Origin: Pyrinomonadaceae bacterium
GTDB lineage: Bacteria > Acidobacteriota > Blastocatellia > Pyrinomonadales > Pyrinomonadaceae
Reading direction: 5' to 3'
Length of the DNA stretch: 64,000 bases
Assembly (NCBI GenBank): GCA_044230475.1
Contig: JBGARA010000002.1
Coordinates: 25,975 to 89,974, forward strand
Of this stretch, positions 29,369 through 37,259 are shown piece by piece. A program made the position numbers and the translations under genes. The notes beneath the pieces are model-generated. The model saw only the letters and a list, made by a program, of their open reading frames with translations. It was not told the DNA's origin and made no database searches. Numbering within the stretch: the first letter of the stretch is position 1; every line of letters starts with the position of its first letter.

Positions 29369-30789
29369 GCGAGCTAGAAGGAAAATTCACGATCTCATAC
29401 GCCGACCTTCTTATCAATTCCAAGTCGGTTACGAAGGATAGCATCTATATCGGACGATTGGAGACGTGCGAAATTTTTCTGAATCATAAAAGTGTCTCAA
29501 GGATCCATGCCGGGATCAGTTTTCAGGAGAATAATTACAATCTTGTAAATTTATCGACGTCGAATGTTCTTTCGCTGAATGGTCGCCGACTAAAGCCTAA
29601 ACAGTCCGATGTGCTGGCGGATGGCGATACGATCCAGATCGGTCCGTATACTATAGGCGTAGGCCGTCTTGACGATGAATTATTGCTTGTCGTCGAACAG
29701 CAGGTCAAGGACTTGGCGGAGCAAGATACATCAAAAGTTGCAAAAACTCCGACTAATGTTCATGAAGAAGCCGGCGGCGTCCTTGATGTATTTTGGGAAA
29801 AACGTTCACGTGACAAGGATGATTGGGGAACGCGGCTTCGCCCGACGGAAAAACCACAACCGGGCAAGGCTATGTTCAACTGGAAGCCGACGCATGATCT
29901 GCGTCCAACGTGGCGAGCCGGGCTGTTTATCTGGGCATTTCTTGTAGTCGGAGCGCTCGGTGTTTACGCATTTTTCCGTCACCCAGATGTTTATACATCG
30001 CGGCCGCTTTCAAATCCGCACGCATCGCAGATCGAAAACAGCACAATAGCAGTGGCAGCGAACGGAAATTCGTGTACGACTTGTCATACTCCTAACGAAC
30101 CGGTCGAAAATTCATGTATCAAATGTCATTCTGCATCGGAATTTCATTCGTCTAATACAAAGGCACACGAGACGGCCGGAATAACCTGTACGATGTGCCA
30201 TCGCGAGCATCAGGGATCTGAGTTTGATATGAAGGCCACGGCAATAAGAATGTGCGCCGAATGTCATAACGATCAAAATACAAAAACATACGACGGCAAG
30301 AAGGTGAATACGCCACATGGCGGTTCATACGGTTATCCGGTGGTTGATGGCAAGTGGCAATGGAAAGGTGTCTATCGCGAAGTTGCCGATGCGATACCTG
30401 AGATCGATCGCAGCGCTACAGGCGACAAAGATGAGCAGGCAAAACTCAGCCGACAGTTTCACACGATCCATCTTTATCGCTTGACGGCAGGTGCTCCGTT
30501 GAAAGGTGATAAACGAGGTCTCGTAACTTGTTCAACATGTCACGAAAGTTTTGGCACAAATAATGTAGACAGGGTTAAGCCGCGCCAGACGTGCGCGGTT
30601 TGCCATACTACACCTGAAAATTTGGCGGGTCGTGACAAGCGTTTCAGTTCCGGCGGAGTGAATTGCATTTCGTGTCACGTTCAGCATCCTCACAGTACCG
30701 GACGTTGGAGCGAATTTCTGACCAGTGATGCGCTTGAAAGAAGAAAGGAAGCTGTGACTAACAAGATCAAACAACTTAGCAGCCAATGA
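29365..30789 (+). CDS. FHA domain / single TM / heptahaem c-type cytochrome fusion protein
   Basis: 474 aa. FHA hallmarks IYIGR...SVSRIHA...LSLNGR...GDTIQIGPY at residues ~25-100. TM helix AGLFIWAFLVVGALGVYAFF. Seven CxxCH motifs: CTTCH, CIKCH, CTMCH, CAECH, CSTCH, CAVCH, CISCH. ATGA overlap upstream. Confidence 0.85.
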   Translation: MSELEGKFTISYADLLINSKSVTKDSIYIGRLETCEIFLNHKSVSRIHAGISFQENNYNLVNLSTSNVLSLNGRRLKPKQSDVLADGDTIQIGPYTIGVGRLDDELLLVVEQQVKDLAEQDTSKVAKTPTNVHEEAGGVLDVFWEKRSRDKDDWGTRLRPTEKPQPGKAMFNWKPTHDLRPTWRAGLFIWAFLVVGALGVYAFFRHPDVYTSRPLSNPHASQIENSTIAVAANGNSCTTCHTPNEPVENSCIKCHSASEFHSSNTKAHETAGITCTMCHREHQGSEFDMKATAIRMCAECHNDQNTKTYDGKKVNTPHGGSYGYPVVDGKWQWKGVYREVADAIPEIDRSATGDKDEQAKLSRQFHTIHLYRLTAGAPLKGDKRGLVTCSTCHESFGTNNVDRVKPRQTCAVCHTTPENLAGRDKRFSSGGVNCISCHVQHPHSTGRWSEFLTSDALERRKEAVTNKIKQLSSQ

Positions 30790-32681
30790 AGTTTTTCCAT
30801 CTATTTATTTGTATTGTGCTTATCGGCTTTCTCATTTGGCTGAACCAGGCCATTGTACCCGCCGATGCGATTCGATACGGAGGCCTTTCTTGGATCGGTT
30901 GGGCGAGCATTGGCTTGGTCGGTGTCGGATTTGGCCTGCTCCTTATTTTTAATGACACGTCGCGGGCATTTGGATTCTTTAAAGATCGTGACAAAAAAGC
31001 GGCACCTGAAACAAACATCCGAACCCTCTCAAAAGCGGAGCTTACCGAACTGGGCATCGATAAATATCGCGGCCCGTCGTACCCGCATCCGGTAATTTTT
31101 TCCGAAAGATGCATCGGCTGTCAGGCGTGTGTCGATGCATGTCCTCATGACGTGCTTGCGATAGTCGATGGGACTGCGGCGGCGGTTGCTCCCGACCTCT
31201 GCATGGAAGATACCGCCTGCCAGGCGGAGTGTCCTGTGAATCCAAAGGCGTGCATCATTATCAATACTGCCAAAGAAGTGCGCTCGATGCCGACACCAAC
31301 GCGTGACGGCACAACTTTTGAAACGAACGTTCCGGGGTGTTTTATTATCGGCGACGTCTCGGGCGTTCCCTTAATAAAAAATGCCGTTAAAGAAGGTGCC
31401 GACGTTATCGCGCACATTGTTGGCGAACTGAAGGGCGCCCCACCTGAGCCTAAGGCAGATTACGATGTTGCGATCATCGGTATTGGGCCTGGCGGGGCAT
31501 CAGCAGCGGCAGCCGCGCAGGAAGCAAATATTCGCTACATTGGTATCGAACAGACGCAAATACTGTCGACAATAGACCTGTATCCCAAGGGGAAGTACAT
31601 CTTCTTTAAGCCGGATACAAAGGACTGGTCAGGTGGAATTCCGGTTGCAGGCCTCGGCCTGTCAAAACCAAAATACGCGGCTGCGGAAGATGACGGCGAC
31701 CAACCGATCTTTGACGCGCTGGGACAGGACCTGCAAACTATCGTGCACGAACAGGCGGCTGTGCTTCACGCCGAAATGCTCGCAAAGATACCAACCTCGC
31801 TTCATGAAAAACTCGCGCCCAAACTCTCTGAAAAGGTTGAGAAGGAGCTGAAAAAAAGGATCGCCGGATTTCTACGTTCAAAGGGTTCAGTTGATTGGAC
31901 AAAAGTGTTTCAGACTCAGTTTCTTAAAGAACGTGACACTCTGCTGCCGCTTTTCCGATCGGACATCACCGATCAGCTTCAGACAAAAATTCCAGGCGAC
32001 CAGCGTGAGAACATTCTCGACATATGGCTCGGCAGCCTTGCCCAAAAAGGCGTTCGGATAAATGAAAATGAAAGCTGCAAGACGGTAAACCGGGCCGAGG
32101 ACGGCGATTATTTTGTTATCAATACCGAGCGCGGTGCTGAGAAATCACCGCAAACGTACAAAGCAAGACGAGTAATAATTGCCATCGGTCTTCGAGGTGC
32201 TCCGAATAAACTTCGGCTGCCGAATGAAGATCTGAAATTCAGGATCGAAGGCCGTGATGAGCAAAAAGTCATTTATGGTCTCTCCAATCCGGCTGATTTC
32301 TGGGGTTGTCGTATTGTTGTCGTAGGAGGCGGCAATGTCGCTGTGGAAGCTGCCGTCGATCTAGTAGCTACGCGTGACGGAGCGGCCATTGCGCCACGAA
32401 CACCCGAAATGATGAATCAGGTCACGTTGCTAGTGCGCGACTATCTGGCGCCTACTGTGAAATTTGGAAATAAATTTCAGCTGTACCAATGCGCGGACAA
32501 CGGCATCATCGATCTGCGATTTGGTGTCGGTATCAAGGAACTGCGCGAAAATGAGGTCGTTCTCGAAGACGTAAAAACGAAGAAGGAGATCGAAACAATT
32601 CCAAACGACTACGTTTTTGCTCTCATCGGTGGCGAGAGGCCGAATCGATTTTTGGAGTCGATAGGTATTACAATCAAATAA
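30786..32681 (+). CDS. membrane-anchored 4Fe-4S ferredoxin / FAD- and NAD(P)-binding oxidoreductase fusion
   Basis: 631 aa. Two N-terminal TM helices. CIGCQACVDACP and C..TACQAECP cluster motifs. Dinucleotide folds DVAIIGIGPGGASAA and RIVVVGGGNVAVEAA. TrxR-like GD motif NVPGCFIIGDVSG. Confidence 0.8.
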   Translation: MKFFHLFICIVLIGFLIWLNQAIVPADAIRYGGLSWIGWASIGLVGVGFGLLLIFNDTSRAFGFFKDRDKKAAPETNIRTLSKAELTELGIDKYRGPSYPHPVIFSERCIGCQACVDACPHDVLAIVDGTAAAVAPDLCMEDTACQAECPVNPKACIIINTAKEVRSMPTPTRDGTTFETNVPGCFIIGDVSGVPLIKNAVKEGADVIAHIVGELKGAPPEPKADYDVAIIGIGPGGASAAAAAQEANIRYIGIEQTQILSTIDLYPKGKYIFFKPDTKDWSGGIPVAGLGLSKPKYAAAEDDGDQPIFDALGQDLQTIVHEQAAVLHAEMLAKIPTSLHEKLAPKLSEKVEKELKKRIAGFLRSKGSVDWTKVFQTQFLKERDTLLPLFRSDITDQLQTKIPGDQRENILDIWLGSLAQKGVRINENESCKTVNRAEDGDYFVINTERGAEKSPQTYKARRVIIAIGLRGAPNKLRLPNEDLKFRIEGRDEQKVIYGLSNPADFWGCRIVVVGGGNVAVEAAVDLVATRDGAAIAPRTPEMMNQVTLLVRDYLAPTVKFGNKFQLYQCADNGIIDLRFGVGIKELRENEVVLEDVKTKKEIETIPNDYVFALIGGERPNRFLESIGITIK

Positions 32682-32682
32682 G

Positions 32683-33387
32683 ATGAGAAAAGACAATATC
32701 ATGTTTGTGGTGCTCGGCCTCCTTGTGGGTCTGGTGATCGGCTTTGCGGGCGCTAACAGTATCAATCGATCGGCATACGAGAAACAACCCGCTTCCACTG
32801 CGGGCAGCGATCCCAACAAAAATCCGGCACTGCCTCCCAATCATCCACCGCTTGGAGATTCCGGAGAAGAACGACCTAAAGGGGGTTCTCCCGGGCCTGA
32901 GGTTATGGCAGCCATCGAAAAGGCAAAGGCTCAACCGCAAAATTATGAGGCCCAAATGACCGCTGCTGATCTCTATTACCAGATAGAGCAGTTTGATGAT
33001 GCGGCCAAGTTCTACGAAGCGGCCTCGAAAATCAAACCTACTGAGACAGAACCTCAGATCAAAGCCGGCAATGCCTATCATGACGGCAAGAAATACGAAG
33101 AGGCAGCAAAATGGTATCTGAAGGCATTAGAAAAAGATCCTAAAAATATAGATGTCAGAACCGACCTCGGGCTCACATTCTTTCTTCGCGAACCGCCCGA
33201 TATCGAACGAGCAATAAAAGAATACAAGGCTTCTTTGGCTATCGAACCGAATCACGAAATAACTTTGCAAAATCTTGCGGTGGCCTATAGCGAGAAGAAT
33301 GACAGGGAAAATTTTCTCTCGACGTTGGAAAAGCTAAAAAAGGTCAATCCTAATAACCCCGTTGTAACAAAAAGTGACAATAAATGA
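32683..33387 (+). CDS. membrane-anchored TPR repeat protein
   Basis: 234 aa. TM helix IMFVVLGLLVGLVIGFAGA, then at least 3 TPR-like units (AADLYYQIEQFDDAAKFYEAA, AGNAYHDGKKYEEAAKWYLKALEKDP, LAVAYSEKNDRENFLSTLEKLKKVNP). Starts 1 nt after the upstream stop. Confidence 0.75.
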   Translation: MRKDNIMFVVLGLLVGLVIGFAGANSINRSAYEKQPASTAGSDPNKNPALPPNHPPLGDSGEERPKGGSPGPEVMAAIEKAKAQPQNYEAQMTAADLYYQIEQFDDAAKFYEAASKIKPTETEPQIKAGNAYHDGKKYEEAAKWYLKALEKDPKNIDVRTDLGLTFFLREPPDIERAIKEYKASLAIEPNHEITLQNLAVAYSEKNDRENFLSTLEKLKKVNPNNPVVTKSDNK

Positions 33388-33403
33388 CCTTGACGGCCCT
33401 ATT

Positions 33404-35146
33404 TCACAAAACAAATTTCCCGCCGCACTTTTGCCAGTACGTGTGGTAGGTGTGCGCGGGTCCGATCAGATATTGATAATCGCGAAGCCCTGTCGCGTGT
33501 ACCCACGAAGCCAACCGTAGATTTTTCTTATTCAGTATCTCACTCGGGAAACTTTTTGAACCGAGCAGTTCTGACGCCTGCTGCATCACACGGCGTTTTC
33601 GTGCTGCATGCTCAGCCGTTTGATAATTTGCCGCCCACTGATAATCAAGTCCGTCAGGAACCAGAACCGGACACGGTTGATGCCCCGGATAAACCTGCCA
33701 TGGGATCGCCGTGACGGCAAGCGAAAAAAGCGAGAGCCATTTTACATAGAGTTTGTGCCTGAGGCACATCTCGATCGGCATAGAAACGATCAGTTCAAGA
33801 AATGAACTATCAAAAAAAGGCAACTGAAACTCCAGCCTATGCAGATCGATGCTCTCAAAATGACCTGTCAGCTTTCGGTGCTGATCGTTGAGAAGAAGAT
33901 GCAGATAAAAATTTCTCGCAGGATCGTTGCAGTTAAAATTTCTCAGCTCTTTTTTTATCTCCTCATTCACCGATCCAATCAGATGGCCGGACACAGTGGT
34001 TTGAAATATCTTTGGAGAAACCTGCGCTGATTCTCGGCTCAAATGCTCGTCGATCACCTCGTCGATCTTGTCCGAACGCATCAATTCGACTATTTTCTCA
34101 GTGATATGCACATGGCCGAGGGCGACGCTGCCGCCTTCGCCGCTCCAGACGATCGACGGGCGTTCTGCGGGTGAACTGCTGCGTGCATTAGAGGCCGACC
34201 AAACATCGGACATCAACGATGAATAATCGGGTACCAGATCGCCGGCTTTTTTTGGTATCTCCTCGTGGATCGACCCTATCTCGGTTGCGAATTGACGGCC
34301 AAAAACCTGATCCTGGGTATTAGGGCGCGCAAAATTGAAGGTATGAAGATTAACCCTCTGTCCGCGGAGCGCAGCAACGATACAACGCGAATCGAGGCCG
34401 CCGCTAAGATATGCAGCAGTTGTTTTATCGTTCCCTATTCGTCTGGCCACTGCGTTGTCAAAGCGACCGAAAAGCTCAGACAACAACACATCTTCCGCCG
34501 CAGTTGAAGTTTCTATCTTGTCCCAACGCCAGTATTTTTTTCGGGAAACATCGTCTTTGTTGACCGTGACGATCTCCGCCGCTCGCAGCATGTGTATGTC
34601 GGCATACGGTGTCCGTTCGCCAAGCGCGTATCCTAAACCAACCATCTGAGTTACCGCTCGAACATCCATGCGTTTGGGGATCTCGGTGACTTCCTCCAAC
34701 ATGCGGAGCGCGCTCGCAAAGATCAGATATTCTTCGTCGATATAAAAATACAGCGGTCGCAAACCTAATTTGTCTGTGACGAGTTCGACAGTGCCTGTGG
34801 CGGGTTGATAGTGGGCTGCGCTGAAAACACCCGTCGCTTTCTGCAAAATGTCTGTATCTCCGCGGCGGAATGCGTCGTGGATCGCTGCCGTGTCGTTTTC
34901 ACGGTTTGATCCGTCGTCCAGCAGAGGTTCGCCAGCGATCATTGTGAGCGAACCGTCAGCACTTTTGCATACAGCCGGTTGGCCAAAGGCGCCGATGTCA
35001 ACGTTCACGAAAAACGACCGATCGTCCTCAAAGATCACTCTCTCATCGGCCGGATGGCGCGAGATCGCGGCGCGCAGAGTGTCACAAATTGAGCCCGGCA
35101 CGGGGCGGCCCGGATTTCGACAAAAGATACCGGCAAATAGGGTCAT
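33404..35146 (-). CDS. asparagine synthase-related protein lacking the N-terminal catalytic cysteine
   Basis: 580 aa. N-terminus MTLFAGIF instead of MCG(I/V). GATase-like DKLGLRPLYFY. PP-loop AAYLSGGLDSR of the AsnB synthetase domain. Confidence 0.8.
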   Translation of the reverse strand: MTLFAGIFCRNPGRPVPGSICDTLRAAISRHPADERVIFEDDRSFFVNVDIGAFGQPAVCKSADGSLTMIAGEPLLDDGSNRENDTAAIHDAFRRGDTDILQKATGVFSAAHYQPATGTVELVTDKLGLRPLYFYIDEEYLIFASALRMLEEVTEIPKRMDVRAVTQMVGLGYALGERTPYADIHMLRAAEIVTVNKDDVSRKKYWRWDKIETSTAAEDVLLSELFGRFDNAVARRIGNDKTTAAYLSGGLDSRCIVAALRGQRVNLHTFNFARPNTQDQVFGRQFATEIGSIHEEIPKKAGDLVPDYSSLMSDVWSASNARSSSPAERPSIVWSGEGGSVALGHVHITEKIVELMRSDKIDEVIDEHLSRESAQVSPKIFQTTVSGHLIGSVNEEIKKELRNFNCNDPARNFYLHLLLNDQHRKLTGHFESIDLHRLEFQLPFFDSSFLELIVSMPIEMCLRHKLYVKWLSLFSLAVTAIPWQVYPGHQPCPVLVPDGLDYQWAANYQTAEHAARKRRVMQQASELLGSKSFPSEILNKKNLRLASWVHATGLRDYQYLIGPAHTYHTYWQKCGGKFVL

Positions 35147-35221
35147 TTTTCGATCTTATTGAAAAGAGGCTGTCTGAAAGGTCAGTCAGCCTCAAACTCC
35201 GTAAGAAATTAGTTAGGCAAA

Positions 35222-35974
35222 TTACTCGTCGTCCTGATCATCGCCGGGCTGGATCAGGCCTTTCTCAAAGGCATAAATGACCAGATTAAGGCGATCATCA
35301 ACGCCCAGCTTACCGTAGATAGAGCTGAGATGGTGTCGAACCGTTGCTTCGCTGATGCTGAGGCGTTCGGCGATGACCTTGCTCTTTAATCCCTTTCCGA
35401 TCATTGATATCACTTCGACTTCCCGCCGGGTTATGGTCTCGGGTGCAGGCCCATGTTTGCCGTTGGTGGCTTTTGGAGCAGTTGAGTCGCCGTTTTTGAT
35501 CAGGTTGTTGAGAAGCGCCTGATTTAGCCACGTCTCACCCTTAAATGCCCTGCGTATCGCTTCGATCAGCAACTTAGACCCTTGATCGGAACGAACTATG
35601 CCCATAGCCCCGAACTTAAGTGCCTGGGTTGAGCAGTCAAGGTCGTCAGTATCTGTGATCATCACCACTTTTAGGTCCGGGTTGTTCTGCAAGATATCCC
35701 TGATGATCTCTACGGAGTCGCTGGCATCGAGATAGATGACCGCAATATCCGAGCCCTCGGTCGCGAAAGGCTCACTATCCGAACCAAGGCCAAACTTGGA
35801 TAAGATCCGCAGGTCGCTGTTACTTTCTATCAAAGAAGCCAAACATTCGCGGTCAAGCCGATGGCGGGCAATCACCGAAATTCGTATGCATTGCTTCTGG
35901 ATCTTTGTGTCAGGCATGGTCATACAAAATGCTGAATCGGTCGTATTAAACGTCCAAGCAGCATGATCTTCCAA
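35222..35974 (-). CDS. LuxR/NarL-family regulator with atypical receiver domain
   Basis: 250 aa (the start may be MTMPDTK at 35923). C-terminal HTH ITRREVEVISMIGKGLKSKVIAERLSISEATVRHHLSSIYGKLGV. The receiver-like N-terminus has IRISVIARHRL where canonical receivers have DD, and IVRSD where the conserved Lys is expected. Confidence 0.8.
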   Translation of the reverse strand: MEDHAAWTFNTTDSAFCMTMPDTKIQKQCIRISVIARHRLDRECLASLIESNSDLRILSKFGLGSDSEPFATEGSDIAVIYLDASDSVEIIRDILQNNPDLKVVMITDTDDLDCSTQALKFGAMGIVRSDQGSKLLIEAIRRAFKGETWLNQALLNNLIKNGDSTAPKATNGKHGPAPETITRREVEVISMIGKGLKSKVIAERLSISEATVRHHLSSIYGKLGVDDRLNLVIYAFEKGLIQPGDDQDDE

Positions 35975-36206
35975 TTAGTTCTATGGTTACAGGGTATTTT
36001 GGTATCGTTTAGCGACGAATCCAAACACATAACTGTACTACATCATCCGACATTTTGACAGGAAAATATTCAATCCGCTTATAGAACATTTATGTTACTC
36101 AGCGAGGGTAAATATGTGACGGATAACATTGTGAGTTGCATCCATCATGCATCCGGTGTTTGTTGCTCAACTTTCCCTCTGCGCTGCTGCAACTCCCGCT
36201 GCTTAC

Positions 36207-36558
36207 TGTCCACGAGCGTTCCACAGCGTTCCACTCGTCGGTGGAACGCGCTAACTATTGCAATCACGCGGGTTAAGTGCCCTAAAACAGCACCGTTCCA
36301 CGATTTTTACAAAAAATTTGTGACCAAGCTCTGCTAACGCATTAAACGTTGAGATCATTAGGCTTACGGTCATCGCGGCTTTGTGGGAAGCAGTGATCTT
36401 CGTGGAACAGACCCTTTTTTGTGGCAAAAGTATGAATATTTCATACTTACTCATACTGTCCCAACGACCGGGACAGAGTGGGACAGTGTGGGACATATCT
36501 AAGTCGTTCATCTGCAATGTTTACACGCCGACTTGTCCCAAGTGTCCCACTGTCCCAC
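36207..36558. repeat. cluster of ~14 direct and inverted copies of a GT(T/C)CCAC-type heptamer
   Basis: Forward copies start at 36208 (6-mer variant), 36218, 36228, 36295, 36458, 36535, 36544 and 36552. Inverted copies start at 36241, 36383, 36402, 36470, 36478 and 36488. The GTTCCAC subfamily sits at 36218-36408 and the GTCCCA(C/A) subfamily at 36456-36558. Confidence 0.75.
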
Positions 36559-36567
36559 TGTTTTTTT
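36478..36567 (+). terminator. long-stem hairpin followed by T7; candidate intrinsic terminator or 3-prime end of an unannotated plus-strand RNA
   Basis: GTGGGACA-GT-GTGGGACA (36478-36495) can pair with TGTCCCAC-TGTCCCAC (36543-36558) as 8+8 bp with a 2-nt bulge. The loop is 47 nt. TTTTTTT follows at 36561-36567. Confidence 0.4.
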
Positions 36568-37259
36568 CGCAAGGCTGAAGCCTCCACTCTGAACTTATTT
36601 TCAAATAGCAAGATCGCCGCATCTGCTCAAGATCGATCAGGCATATAATACGAACTATTTAAGATACAGTTTCTCAAAAATGAAATTGTTTCTCGATATG
36701 GCGTGAATTCAATGGTTAAACAGATGTCAAACTAAGATCAACTGTTACGCAGGCCAATAGATACCTACACTAAATCCGAGAAATAGATAATTTTAGCCAG
36801 TTTACACAGTAAAATCCTGGTCATTTGTGACTAAACAATAATAGTGAGCGGAACTGAAAAAACTATATGATAGAACAATTAGCTAATGCTAAAATGTCGT
36901 TTGCGCCGATGTGCCGTTAGGCTAAGTGCAGTAGATTTTAACTACACTCGCTCAATCTGGCTTTGGTTTCAGCTAGCATTATTGTCTCTGAAATTGGCCG
37001 GATGGGTTTTGAAACTCTTTCCGATCGTGAACGGCTATTGGTCTTTAACGACCATTAGGTAGTCGGTAAAACGCTGAGAAGATATGAATCGTTACGATAG
37101 GTTTTTCGACTCTCGGCCGCTAATGATCGATCGGAGAAAAAAACAAGGGAAGTAGGGATTTTCTGACAGGATTAAGAGGATTTTTAGCCTAATTGGTTCT
37201 TTACTGGTCAAGGTCAGCATTGGCTAACGGGAAAGGCTACGTTCCTCTGCACGATTATT

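Larger units (their letters stand above)
35975..37259. promoter_or_regulatory. 1.3-kb non-coding region between divergent LuxR-type regulator genes; repeat-rich left half, AT-rich right half
   Basis: No convincing ORF: the three track ORFs here are short, Cys/Ser-rich and mutually overlapping. It is the only intergenic gap over 300 bp in the window. It must hold both divergent promoters. Confidence 0.6.

Noticed and set aside
33404-35146. Lasso-peptide or beta-lactam cluster around the Cys-less AsnB homologue
   Set aside because: No transglutaminase-like protease, RiPP recognition element, precursor ORF or transporter is adjacent, so only the single enzyme supports the idea. It is kept as a lower-interest finding on the enzyme itself.
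36207-36558. CRISPR array
   Set aside because: The repeats are 7-9 nt, irregularly spaced and in both orientations. There are no 25-40-nt repeat-spacer periodicity and no cas genes in the window.
36092-36578. Three ORFs in the long spacer (36092..36337 +, 36251..36517 -, 36381..36578 +), considered as small Cys-rich or precursor peptides
   Set aside because: They overlap one another and are built largely from the heptamer repeats (CPKCPTVPL comes from the GTCCCAC copies). They lack start context. The repeats are better explained as DNA or RNA elements. A peptide role cannot be fully excluded.
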